Below the pieces are notes generated by a model. That model made no database searches. It saw nothing but the letters and a program-made list of their open reading frames with translations, and was not told the DNA's origin. Below, piece by piece: positions 1-9,358 of a stretch of 64,000 nucleotides of DNA (the stretch's first letter is position 1; each line of letters opens with the position of its first letter). Source of the DNA: Bacteroidota bacterium (GTDB lineage Bacteria > Bacteroidota > Bacteroidia > Chitinophagales > Chitinophagaceae); contig CANFXV010000007.1 of NCBI GenBank assembly GCA_947451115.1, positions 3,171 to 67,170 on the forward strand, in the 5' to 3' direction. The position numbers and the translations under genes are program-made.

Positions 1-795
1 TCCTACAGCATGGAGGAGCTTGACCATGCCATAGAATTGACTACTTCGCCTGTGCATCAAACCAATGAAAAAAATATCCTGAAAGGCATTGTGAAGTTTG
101 GAAATATATCGGTCAAGCAAATCATGAAAACCAGGCTAGACGTGGATGGCGTAGAAGAGCAATTAGATTTTAATGAATTACTGGAAAATATCAAGGCCCA
201 TAATTACAGCAGGTTTCCTATTTACAAAGAAGATTTAGACAGCATTGTTGGTATGATTCATACCAAGGACATCATTCCTCATATTAATGAAGGCGCCAAT
301 TACAATTGGAGGCAATTAATTCGACCTGCATTTTTTGTACATGAACAAAAAATGATTGAAGATTTATTGAAGGAGTTTCAATTGAAGCGTATTCACTTTG
401 CTGTAGTAGTGGATGAATTTGGAGGCACTAGTGGCATCATTACTTTAGAAGATATTTTAGAGGAAATTGTAGGGGACATCAAAGATGAATTTGATGATGA
501 AGAATCCATGATCAAAAAAATTGATGACTATCATTTTATTATGGAGGGTAAAACAACCATCAATGACTTTTGTAATTTTATAGATATTTCTACCAATACC
601 TTTGATGCAGTGAAGGGAGAAAGTGATACCATGGCTGGTTTGTTTTTAGAAATTGCTGGTCATTTCCCCGTAGCACAGCAAGTAGTCAAGTACAAACAAT
701 TTAGTTTTACGGTGATGGAAATTCAAAAAAATAGAATACATAAAATACAATTAATTATTGTGCCATTGCCTACTCAAAATCCTGACCATGTGTAG
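1..795 (+). CDS. gldE: Gliding motility-associated CBS/CorC-HlyC domain protein GldE (5' truncated by the window edge)
   Basis: Frame open from base 1. Tandem CBS motifs (YSRFPIY, AVVVDEFGGTSGIITLEDILEEIVG) and a CorC-like C-terminus. Directly upstream of gldD. Confidence 0.85.
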   Translation, partial: SYSMEELDHAIELTTSPVHQTNEKNILKGIVKFGNISVKQIMKTRLDVDGVEEQLDFNELLENIKAHNYSRFPIYKEDLDSIVGMIHTKDIIPHINEGANYNWRQLIRPAFFVHEQKMIEDLLKEFQLKRIHFAVVVDEFGGTSGIITLEDILEEIVGDIKDEFDDEESMIKKIDDYHFIMEGKTTINDFCNFIDISTNTFDAVKGESDTMAGLFLEIAGHFPVAQQVVKYKQFSFTVMEIQKNRIHKIQLIIVPLPTQNPDHV

Positions 796-1375
796 GTTTT
801 TATTTAGTTTTTTTATTGTCGGTATTATATTTGTAACCGCTTGCAATACCCCTTTTGTGGCTAAAAATAAAGGCTACGAAGCCATGAGTTTTCCGGCAAA
901 AAGCTATAAAAGTTTTAATGAGCCTGGCTATCCCTATACTTTTGAATATCCTAGCTACGCAGAAATTGATAAGAACATCAATTATTTTGGGGTGAGTAAA
1001 AAAACAGATTCTTGGATCAATATTCATTTTCCATCCATGGCCGCCACCATTTATGTAAGCTATACTAAAATGCATGCACAACAATTGGATACCCTTATTA
1101 GAGATGCCTATACTTTTGCCAATAACCACAATAGCAGGGCCAGTTTTATTGCGGATTCCTTGTTTTCCAATGAACATGGCGTAGAGGGAGTGTTTTTTCA
1201 TATTGGCGGCGATGTGGCCACCAGCTATCAGTTTTTTTTAACCGATTCTACCACCCATTTTTTTAGAGGAGCCTTGTATTTTGACACTACACCCAATGAG
1301 GATTCCTTGGCCCCCTTGAATGCTTTTTTATATAAAGACTTGAAGCATTTAGTGACTACATTTCGTTGGAAATAA
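788..1375 (+). CDS. gldD: Gliding motility lipoprotein GldD
   Basis: Probable ATG at 788. Lipobox (FVTAC), YPYTFEYP and QFFLTDSTTHFFRGALYF...PNEDSLAP motifs typical of GldD. Confidence 0.85.
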   Translation: MCRFLFSFFIVGIIFVTACNTPFVAKNKGYEAMSFPAKSYKSFNEPGYPYTFEYPSYAEIDKNINYFGVSKKTDSWINIHFPSMAATIYVSYTKMHAQQLDTLIRDAYTFANNHNSRASFIADSLFSNEHGVEGVFFHIGGDVATSYQFFLTDSTTHFFRGALYFDTTPNEDSLAPLNAFLYKDLKHLVTTFRWK

Positions 1376-1378
1376 ATC

Positions 1379-1386
1379 TATCTTTG
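1379..1386 (+). promoter_or_regulatory. Bacteroidota sigma70 -7 element (TATCTTTG)
   Basis: Exact TAnnTTTG 16 nt upstream of the ATG at 1403. Confidence 0.65.
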
Positions 1387-1402
1387 TACCATAAATTTAG
1401 CT

Positions 1403-1987
1403 ATGATTATTATTGACCATGTTTTAGTGAGTGACCTGGTGGTGGAAGAACAATTTGTTTGCGATTTGACCAAATGCAAAGGCGGTTGTTGTGAAGATGG
1501 GGATGCAGGCGCGCCCTTAGAAAATCAAGAAAAAGAATTTATCAAGGAGTATTATGATATAGTGGAACCCTATATGACTAAAGAGGGCATCAAAGAGGTG
1601 AAACAAGTTGGCCAATTTTTATATGACCGCGAATTTGGTTGGGTAACCCCCACCTTGAATGGTGAAATTTGTGCTTATGGTTTTAGAGACAAAGCAGGCA
1701 TCATCAAATGTGCTTTTGAACAAGCTTACAATGATGGTAAGATTCCTTGGAAAAAACCCATCAGCTGCCACCTTTTTCCCATCAAAGTGCAAAAAAGCAA
1801 GACGGATCCTAGCATGGAATACATGAATTATGAGCCTAGAGAAGATCTTTGCAAAGCTGCCTGTTCCTTAGGGGTTAAATTGAAAGTGCCCGCCTATGAA
1901 TTTTTGAAGGAGTCCATTGTTAGAAAGTATGGGGAAACTTTCTACGAAGCCTTGGAAGCCTCTGCAAAACATCTAAAGAATAAATAG
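1403..1987 (+). CDS. DUF3109-family cysteine-rich protein
   Basis: FVCDLTKCKGGCC-DGDAGAPL and KPISCHLFPI motifs. Confidence 0.8.
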   Translation: MIIIDHVLVSDLVVEEQFVCDLTKCKGGCCEDGDAGAPLENQEKEFIKEYYDIVEPYMTKEGIKEVKQVGQFLYDREFGWVTPTLNGEICAYGFRDKAGIIKCAFEQAYNDGKIPWKKPISCHLFPIKVQKSKTDPSMEYMNYEPREDLCKAACSLGVKLKVPAYEFLKESIVRKYGETFYEALEASAKHLKNK

Positions 1988-1988
1988 T

Positions 1989-1996
1989 TATTTTTG
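1989..1996 (+). promoter_or_regulatory. -7 promoter element (TATTTTTG) abutting the lutB start
   Basis: TAnnTTTG followed by 5 nt and the ATG at 2002. Confidence 0.6.
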
Positions 1997-2001
1997 TACG
2001 T

Positions 2002-3381
2002 ATGCAAAACATCTTCGCCCAATCTTTTCTTACCAAAAGCAATGCCAAAGCGGTTGACTTAGAGCATCGAAGAAAAATTAATTTTAATATTGGCAAATAC
2101 AATGCGGTGGTGCCAAAAGGGAAAGAGCAGTTTACCGATTTGGAAAGAGTGAGAGAAATGGCCAAGAATAGAAAATGGGAAGCCATTGAACATTTAGATA
2201 CTTACTTAACTCAATTTGAAGCACAATTAACTAAAAGAGGCGGCCAGGTTTTATGGGCCGAAGATGCTGCACAAGCATTGGATCATATTGGTAAAATTGC
2301 CGCTGAAAAAAATTGCCGTTCAATTGTGAAAAGCAAGAGTATGGTCACTGAAGAAATTCATTTGAATGATTATTTGGAATCGATTGGCATTGAAAGTGTA
2401 GAAACAGATTTGGGAGAATACATTCAACAAATGGATGGAGAAGCGCCTTACCATATTGTGACGCCTGCGATGCACAAGAGTAAAGAAGATGTTGCAAAAT
2501 TATTTAATGAGAAATTAGGTACAGATATAAATTTAACACCAGAGGAGTTAACCTTGGTGGCAAGAAAAAATTTAAGAGACAAATATGTACAAGCAGAAAT
2601 AGGGGTGACCGGTGCCAATTTTATTATTCCAGATATTGGAGGTATTGCACTCACCGAAAACGAAGGCAATGCTAGGCTTTCTGCTTCTTGGCCTAAAACA
2701 CATATTGTGATTGTAGGTATCGAAAAAGTAATTCCATCTATTTCAGATTTAGGGTTGTTTTGGCCACTCTTAGCTACTTTTGGAACGGGTCAACAAGTAA
2801 CCGTTTACAATAGCATTATTTCTGGTCCAAGACAAGCAGATGAACAAGATGGTCCGGAAGAAATGATTGTGATTTTGTTGGACAATGGCCGTACCGAATT
2901 ATTGGCCAATGCTAAAACTAGAGAAGCCTTGTACTGTATACGTTGTGGCGCATGTTTGAATGCTTGCCCTGTATATAAAAATATTGGAGGTCATTCCTAT
3001 GATACTACTTACAGTGGTCCCATAGGAAGTGTAATCACGCCTCATTTAAGAGGCATGCACGATTACAAACATCTAAGTTATGCTTCAAGTTTATGTGGCA
3101 ATTGCACCGAAGTATGTCCAGTGCGCATCAACTTGCATGAGCTTTTATTAGAAAACAGAAAAGAATCAGTGGATGCAGGAGAAGCAAATTTTTCTGAAAG
3201 CTTTGCCTGGAAAATGTGGAAGCAAGCATCCCTAAGTCGTACCTTAATGAATCAAGGAAATGCCACCATCAAAAACTGGGTGGCCAATAAAATATTTAAA
3301 GGATGGACCAATCAACGCGGTCCTTTGGAATTCCCCACTAAGACTTTTAATCAACTTTGGAGAGAGGGGCATAAAAACTAA
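2002..3381 (+). CDS. lutB: LutB/LldF L-lactate utilization iron-sulfur protein
   Basis: LUD domain (VKSKSMVTEEI, ETDLGEYI, GITGANF-like), CIRCGACLNACP and ASSLCGNCTEVCP 4Fe-4S motifs. Confidence 0.88.
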   Translation: MQNIFAQSFLTKSNAKAVDLEHRRKINFNIGKYNAVVPKGKEQFTDLERVREMAKNRKWEAIEHLDTYLTQFEAQLTKRGGQVLWAEDAAQALDHIGKIAAEKNCRSIVKSKSMVTEEIHLNDYLESIGIESVETDLGEYIQQMDGEAPYHIVTPAMHKSKEDVAKLFNEKLGTDINLTPEELTLVARKNLRDKYVQAEIGVTGANFIIPDIGGIALTENEGNARLSASWPKTHIVIVGIEKVIPSISDLGLFWPLLATFGTGQQVTVYNSIISGPRQADEQDGPEEMIVILLDNGRTELLANAKTREALYCIRCGACLNACPVYKNIGGHSYDTTYSGPIGSVITPHLRGMHDYKHLSYASSLCGNCTEVCPVRINLHELLLENRKESVDAGEANFSESFAWKMWKQASLSRTLMNQGNATIKNWVANKIFKGWTNQRGPLEFPTKTFNQLWREGHKN

Positions 3382-3383
3382 TG

Positions 3384-4310
3384 CTACATGCCATCTGCAT
3401 CTGCAATGGCTTCTACCGGATCCTTTTGATTTTTCAAACTTTTATTGACCAAGTACACCCCTATCAAAGTAGAGACCGTGCCAATGATATTATTCAAAGT
3501 CATTTTTTCATTGAGTAATAAAGAACCCACCCAGATGGCCACAATAGGATTGATATAGGCATACAAACTGGCAATAGCAGGTTTTAAATGTTTCATACTA
3601 TAGATAAAAGAAACAAAGGCCAACACGGAACCACCTAATACCATATAGGCCAAGATGCCCCAGGTTTTTGCTGGAATTTCATGAAGTGGAACATAGTTGC
3701 CAGAAATTAAAGTAATCAATCCCATCGTAAATGCACTGATGAGCATTTGCCAGCCGATAGAATAATAGGCATTCATGTTGATCTTATTTCTTGACATAAT
3801 GATAGAACCAACACTCCAAGTAATCATGGCAAATAAAGACAGGCCCACACCTAATAAATAATGGGTACCATGCATTTGCAAACTATCCTTGTAAAAAATA
3901 AATAAAATACCTAATAAGCCTAAAAACAAGCCCAGTAAGGTTTGTGGCGTAATCTTAATGGCTTTGAAATAAAATCTTTCTATGAGCACAACGGAAAGTG
4001 GATAGAGTGCAGCAATCAAGGCAGCCAATCCGCTGGTGATGAATTGTAATCCATAAGTGGCAATGCCATTGGAAGATACAAACATTAAAAAGGCCATGGG
4101 CAATAACCAAGCAAACTGTTTTTTATTGGGAAATTTTTCACCCATGAATAAAAAGAAAACAACGTAGATGCTTCCACCCATGAATTGTCGAATGCTGGCC
4201 AATTCGAAAGCAGGTAAATGTGCTACGCCCATTTTACTGGCCACCCAGGTGGTTCCCCAAACAACACTGGTAACAGTGAGTGCGAGGTAGGCTTTCTTAT
4301 TGGTTGCCAT
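3384..4310 (-). CDS. EamA/DMT family transporter
   Basis: About 10 hydrophobic segments, VWGTTW and YAYINPIVA motifs. Confidence 0.85.
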   Translation of the reverse strand: MATNKKAYLALTVTSVVWGTTWVASKMGVAHLPAFELASIRQFMGGSIYVVFFLFMGEKFPNKKQFAWLLPMAFLMFVSSNGIATYGLQFITSGLAALIAALYPLSVVLIERFYFKAIKITPQTLLGLFLGLLGILFIFYKDSLQMHGTHYLLGVGLSLFAMITWSVGSIIMSRNKINMNAYYSIGWQMLISAFTMGLITLISGNYVPLHEIPAKTWGILAYMVLGGSVLAFVSFIYSMKHLKPAIASLYAYINPIVAIWVGSLLLNEKMTLNNIIGTVSTLIGVYLVNKSLKNQKDPVEAIADADGM

Positions 4311-4316
4311 TAGATA

Positions 4317-5795
4317 CTAATGTTTAAAATGTCTCAATTGAGTCATCACCATGGCCAATCCATTGGCTTGGCAATAAGCAATGCTGTCTTTGTCTCTTAC
4401 GGAGCCTCCGGGTTGAATATAGGCTTCGATGCCTTGTTCATGTGCAATTTTAACACAATCATCAAAAGGGAAAAATGCATCGGATGCCAATACGGCTCCT
4501 TTTAAATCAAAACTAAATTGTTTGGCTTTTTCAATGGCATGTCTTAAAGCATCTACACGACTTGTTTGTCCGCAGCCCTTGCCCACCAATTGTTTATTTT
4601 TGATTAGCGCAATGGCATTGCTTTTTAAATGCTTGCAAATGATATTGGCAAAAATTAAATCTTCTTTTTCTGCAGCGGTACAAGGTCTTGCACCTACTTC
4701 CTCCCAACTAGTGTAATTTCCATGATCTAGTCCTTGTTCCAAAATTCCGTTAAGGATAGATTTTTTTTGACTTGGGTTGAATGTAACACCAGGTTTTAAT
4801 GCTAATAAGACTCTATTTTTCTTAGTGGTTAAAATAGTCAAGGCTGCTGCCTCAAATGCAGGGGCAATCAAGACTTCAAAAAATAATTCTTGTATGGCTT
4901 CGGCAGTAGCAGTATCAATAGTCGCATTGGTTACGAGCACCCCACCAAATGCACTTTCAGGATCACCAGCCAATGCCGCCTGCCAGCTTTCAAATACATT
5001 TGTTCTTTGGGCTACACCACAAACATTGGTATGTTTAATAATCGCGAAACTAGGGGCGGGCAATTCACCAATTAAGGCAATGGCAGCATCTACATCTACT
5101 AAATTATTGTAAGACAATTCTTTTCCATGCAATTGCGTAAACCAGTTTTCTAAATGTCCATAATAGGTGGCCACCTGATGTGGATTTTCTCCATACCTAA
5201 GTACTTTCCCTGGATTAAAATAATCACTAATGGCAATATCATAATGCATCACCACCTCGAAAGCTTTAGCAGCAAAGGCTTTCCTTTGTTCCAATTGAGT
5301 GCTTCCGTTTTGTTCAATTAAAATAGTATTCAATTTTGCATAGTCATCCTTTGCAGCGATGACCACTAAGTCTCTGAAATTTTTGGCTGCAGCTCTAATC
5401 ATGGAAGGCCCACCAATGTCTATTTTTTCGATGATTAATTTTTCTTCATCAGTTGTTTTAAGGGTTTCTTCGAATGGATACAAATCAACAATCACTAAAT
5501 CCAATTCAGGAATTTTATACTGTGCCATTTCTTTTAAATCTTGCTCCTCATACCTTCTTCCTAAAATTCCTCCAAATACAGAGGGGTGCAAAGTTTTAAC
5601 CCTACCCCCTAAAATGGAAGGGTAGCCAGTTACGGTTTCCACACCAATACAAGGGATGCCTAAATCCTCTAAAAATTTTTGCGTACCACCTGTGGAGTAA
5701 ATGGTAATGTTTTGAGCTTGTAAGGTTTTTGCGAGTGGGGCAAGACCGTCTTTGTAAAAGACAGAAATAAGTGCCGATTTGATTTTCTTTTCCAT
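4317..5795 (-). CDS. purH: Bifunctional AICAR transformylase/IMP cyclohydrolase
   Basis: ALISV, STGGT, GGRVKTLHP, IDIGGP, RYGENPHQ, ASDAFFPF, RHFKH. Start set at ATG 5795 (MEKKIKSAL), just after TACCTTTG. Confidence 0.95.
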   Translation of the reverse strand: MEKKIKSALISVFYKDGLAPLAKTLQAQNITIYSTGGTQKFLEDLGIPCIGVETVTGYPSILGGRVKTLHPSVFGGILGRRYEEQDLKEMAQYKIPELDLVIVDLYPFEETLKTTDEEKLIIEKIDIGGPSMIRAAAKNFRDLVVIAAKDDYAKLNTILIEQNGSTQLEQRKAFAAKAFEVVMHYDIAISDYFNPGKVLRYGENPHQVATYYGHLENWFTQLHGKELSYNNLVDVDAAIALIGELPAPSFAIIKHTNVCGVAQRTNVFESWQAALAGDPESAFGGVLVTNATIDTATAEAIQELFFEVLIAPAFEAAALTILTTKKNRVLLALKPGVTFNPSQKKSILNGILEQGLDHGNYTSWEEVGARPCTAAEKEDLIFANIICKHLKSNAIALIKNKQLVGKGCGQTSRVDALRHAIEKAKQFSFDLKGAVLASDAFFPFDDCVKIAHEQGIEAYIQPGGSVRDKDSIAYCQANGLAMVMTQLRHFKH

Positions 5796-5798
5796 ATT

Positions 5799-5806
5799 CA
5801 AAGGTA
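5799..5806 (-). promoter_or_regulatory. -7 promoter element (TACCTTTG) abutting the purH start
   Basis: TAnnTTTG, then AAT, then ATG on the minus strand. Confidence 0.6.
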
Positions 5807-5848
5807 CTATCTTCTCTGTTTTTTGTATGGGCAGCTTTTCCACAAAAA

Positions 5849-7111
5849 TTATAAGCGACTGAATAACTTTAATAGGCTATAGGCCACTATTACAGCCATT
5901 GCATAGACCAAGTATTGCGCTTGTTTTTTACTCCACCACCTGTAAAGCATCCACAGCAGTAGATAGTACAGTGCCACCTGAATTTGATCAAATTCAATGG
6001 CTAGGCTACTGCTCATGGGCAGCGAATAAATAAAACGAATACTGTCATTGATCCATAAAATATACTGCGCTAGCCCTTTGCCTAGCCAATAACATAGGCC
6101 AAATAATGGTGGGCAGGCAACAAGCAAGCATAAACCATAGAGTAAAAGATTGCTCAGTGGAACCAGGATAAAATTACTTACTAAGACCATGCTGGGCATT
6201 TGATGAAAATGATACAGCAGAATTGGTATAGTGGTGAGCTGGGCGGCAAAACTGATGCATAAATTACTCCATAAAAAAATTAAGAGGGGATTGTCCATGG
6301 GTAATAATTTATACATCAATGGGTAAAATAAATGGATGCCTATCACTGCGCCATAAGACAATTGAAGGCTTAAACTTTCGATATTTTTTACATCAAACAA
6401 TAAAAAAATAAGCATACCTCCCGCTATCGTATTCAAAGTATAATTGCTTTGCCCAAAATACTTACCGATAAAATAAATACTAAAAAATACACTGGCCCTA
6501 AGTATAGAAGGGCTTGCAAAGGCCATTAAGGTATACCACCAAACACCTAATAAAACAAGCACTAATTCCAATGCTAAGAAAAATTTACTACGCGGCAGCC
6601 ATTGAGTAATACGCCTTAAATTCTTAAAAATAATTTCTAAATGCATGCCACTGATGGCCACAATATGAATGATGCCCAGTTGAGTATAGGCCTGAAGTAA
6701 TGTTTTGTTTAAATCGGATTTCACGCCTAATAATAAAGCCAAGGCAAATCCATTGGCCTCTTTGTTTGGAATGTAGGCATTCATTTTTTGAATGACCCAA
6801 TTTCTAGAAGCTTCCACCCAGGTTTTGGGGTAGGGCAATTGTATTAAATTTTTTTCCTGGCTAGCTAAATAAATAGCCATGCCCCAGGACATTAATATCA
6901 ATAGCACAAGTAAGCTTTGATATATTCGAGGCAAGGGAATCCATAAACTAAATTGCAATAGTAAAAGGCCAATGCTCATAATGGCTGCGGCAATAAGGGG
7001 CTGGTCCTTGTTTTTAAAAAAAATACTAGCAAACAATAGGCCTAGCATTAATACAATAGATATGTATAAAAAGGGATGTGCTGCTTTCCAATGGGCTTTT
7101 GATTTTTCCAC
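5849..7111 (-). CDS. comEC: ComEC/Rec2 family competence channel protein, short form
   Basis: ALLLG.K, GIIHIVAISGMH, SPSILRA, LQLSY and AAQLTTIP competence-domain motifs. The GTG start is uncertain. Confidence 0.85.
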   Translation of the reverse strand: MEKSKAHWKAAHPFLYISIVLMLGLLFASIFFKNKDQPLIAAAIMSIGLLLLQFSLWIPLPRIYQSLLVLLILMSWGMAIYLASQEKNLIQLPYPKTWVEASRNWVIQKMNAYIPNKEANGFALALLLGVKSDLNKTLLQAYTQLGIIHIVAISGMHLEIIFKNLRRITQWLPRSKFFLALELVLVLLGVWWYTLMAFASPSILRASVFFSIYFIGKYFGQSNYTLNTIAGGMLIFLLFDVKNIESLSLQLSYGAVIGIHLFYPLMYKLLPMDNPLLIFLWSNLCISFAAQLTTIPILLYHFHQMPSMVLVSNFILVPLSNLLLYGLCLLVACPPLFGLCYWLGKGLAQYILWINDSIRFIYSLPMSSSLAIEFDQIQVALYYLLLWMLYRWWSKKQAQYLVYAMAVIVAYSLLKLFSRL

Positions 7112-7164
7112 CCTGCAGCTTACAAAAAAAATGGGTTATATTATTTTCGGCAATTACGCAATGT

Positions 7165-7866
7165 CTATTTCCCTATAAGGAACACCACTAATTTTTTGTG
7201 TAGTTCGGGTTTATTTTTTCTCCAGTAGTCTATCGTAGCAGTTACGATAGTTTCACTGGGCGATGTAATATCAACGGCTATACAAAGTCGGGTATTGGGG
7301 TGACAGATTTGTAAAATGGCTTCTAACAATTGGTTGTTGCGATAGGGGGTTTCGATAAACAATTGGGTGCAGCCGCTTTGTTGGCTATCAGATTCCAAGG
7401 CCTGAATTTTTTTCTTTCGTTCTAGTGCATCAATGGGTAAGTAGCCATGAAATTGAAATAAATTTCCATTCAAACCACTGGCCATTAAGGACAATAATAA
7501 GGAAGAAGGGCCTACATAAGGTTTTACTTGAGCCCCCATTTCTTGAGCAGCGGCTACAAGTAATTGTCCGGGATCGGCAATGCCTGTGCATCCCGCTTCG
7601 GATAATATTCCAATATTCTTTCCTTGTTTTAATAACTGGGTAAAGGCATTGATTTGCGTTGCTTCTACTTTATGAATGGGATACCAAATATAATTGTCAA
7701 TGACCATTTCTTTCCATAGCTTTTTAAAAAAACGCCTAGCTGTTTTTTCTTCTTCCACAAAAAAAGCATCGCATTGTTGGATCCATTTTACTAGATCTGT
7801 TGGCAAGGCATCATAACCTTCTTCATGCAATACCATGGGCAATAAAAATACTTTTCCTGTTTTCAT
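7165..7866 (-). CDS. SAM-dependent tetrapyrrole-methylase-fold methyltransferase (RsmI-like)
   Basis: LSEAGCTGIADPG, VGPSSLLL, FHGYLP and FIETPYRN motifs. Confidence 0.8.
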   Translation of the reverse strand: MKTGKVFLLPMVLHEEGYDALPTDLVKWIQQCDAFFVEEEKTARRFFKKLWKEMVIDNYIWYPIHKVEATQINAFTQLLKQGKNIGILSEAGCTGIADPGQLLVAAAQEMGAQVKPYVGPSSLLLSLMASGLNGNLFQFHGYLPIDALERKKKIQALESDSQQSGCTQLFIETPYRNNQLLEAILQICHPNTRLCIAVDITSPSETIVTATIDYWRKNKPELHKKLVVFLIGK

Positions 7867-8627
7867 TAAGCGTTGTCTTTAACTTCTAAAGTGTTTAATT
7901 GTGCGGCTATTAAAGCATAAAAAGGAGCGGTCATCCATCCAAGGATGGGAATGAAATGCATTAAGTAAAAAACCATGCCATTGCCAATGGGCAATCCTTT
8001 GTGGTTGTTGACATAGGCAGCAGCAGCAACTTTATTTTTATTTTCAGTGGCTAAGCTATAATCCAACATAGCGGCGCCTAAAAAATAACATTCTATCAAT
8101 ATGGTAAAGATGGGGGTAAACCAACCAATGATGGGCAAGGTGCATATCAAAACTATAGGAATCAGGTAAACCGTTTGCCAAAGCAAATTAGTTAGATTTA
8201 ATACCAAGGCCCTAGTGACTATTTTTTTATAAATAGTTGCTTTAAAAACAAAGGGGGTATTATTAATTATGGCATCAATACGTAAATGGAGATAGGCCAA
8301 GAAGGGTGCGAATACGATTAAAAAAAGATATTTGAATAGGGCAAAATAAAACAAGAGTAAAGTAAACCATAACCAGAAACTTCCCATGGTAATAAAAAAT
8401 CCAATCCAATCATTGCTCAATGTATCCACCCATGATTTTAATCCTGTTTTTAAAATAATGGCTTCGATGAAAAAACTGGAAGACTGACTAAAATAGGTCA
8501 TGCCCAATACAAATAAATAGGTGTAGACAATGCCAGGAACAATCATCCATTTCCATAGTTGATGTGCTAGAATAAAACGATGTGCACTAAAATAAGCGCG
8601 AATGGCTAAAATGAGTTCTTTAAGCAA
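7866..8627 (-). CDS. EI24/CysZ-like membrane protein
   Basis: Multiple TM helices, YFLG..MLDYS and GLPIGNG..F motifs. TTG start. Confidence 0.65.
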   Translation of the reverse strand: MLKELILAIRAYFSAHRFILAHQLWKWMIVPGIVYTYLFVLGMTYFSQSSSFFIEAIILKTGLKSWVDTLSNDWIGFFITMGSFWLWFTLLLFYFALFKYLFLIVFAPFLAYLHLRIDAIINNTPFVFKATIYKKIVTRALVLNLTNLLWQTVYLIPIVLICTLPIIGWFTPIFTILIECYFLGAAMLDYSLATENKNKVAAAAYVNNHKGLPIGNGMVFYLMHFIPILGWMTAPFYALIAAQLNTLEVKDNA

Positions 8628-8662
8628 GGCTTCCTTTTAAAGTAAATATACGAACTAGTAGT

Positions 8663-9316
8663 TTAGGACTGCATTTTGGTTCCAAAAGCTAAATCACCTG
8701 CGTCGCCTAAGCCAGGCAGAATATAGCTTTTGTCATTTAAGGATTCATCAATATCTCCACACCAAATGGGAATATTTTTACCCAAGGCGGCCTCTACTGT
8801 TTCAATACCTTTTTTACTTGCAATGGCTACTACAATATGAATTTCTTTGGGCTGATAATTTTTAGTGATGGCTTGAATGGTTTGAACCAAGGAAGCGCCT
8901 GTGGCCAACATGGGGTCAGCTACTATCAAAACTCTATTGTTTAAATCGGGGCAACTTAAATATTCAATACTAATTTCAAAGCTTCCATCTTCATGGTGTT
9001 TTCTAAAGGCAGATATAAAAGCGTTGTCGGCTTTGTCAAAATAATTGAGCATGCCTTGATGCAAGGGTAGGCCCGCTCTTAAAATGGTGGCTAGTACAGG
9101 TTGTTCTGCCAATACCTTAGATTGATGCACGCCTAAGGGCGTAGTGGTGGCCTTGATGGTGCTTGGCATTAATTTGCTCATTTCATAAGCAGCCACTTCA
9201 CCTATTCTTTCCAAATTACGTCTAAAACGCATGCGGTCATGCTGGATACTTACATCTCTTATCTCTGCAATCCAATTGCTAATCAGGCTGTGTTTTTCAC
9301 TTAAATGATGCACCAT
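8663..9316 (-). CDS. upp: Uracil phosphoribosyltransferase
   Basis: ILRAG, DPMLATG and YILPGLGDAGD motifs. Confidence 0.95.
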   Translation of the reverse strand: MVHHLSEKHSLISNWIAEIRDVSIQHDRMRFRRNLERIGEVAAYEMSKLMPSTIKATTTPLGVHQSKVLAEQPVLATILRAGLPLHQGMLNYFDKADNAFISAFRKHHEDGSFEISIEYLSCPDLNNRVLIVADPMLATGASLVQTIQAITKNYQPKEIHIVVAIASKKGIETVEAALGKNIPIWCGDIDESLNDKSYILPGLGDAGDLAFGTKMQS

Positions 9317-9332
9317 AGGAAGGTAATTTTTT

Positions 9333-9340
9333 CAAATCTA
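9333..9340 (-). promoter_or_regulatory. -7 promoter element (TAGATTTG) for upp
   Basis: Exact TAnnTTTG 16 nt upstream of the upp ATG. Confidence 0.55.
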
Positions 9341-9358
9341 AGTTTCTTGCAGACAATT

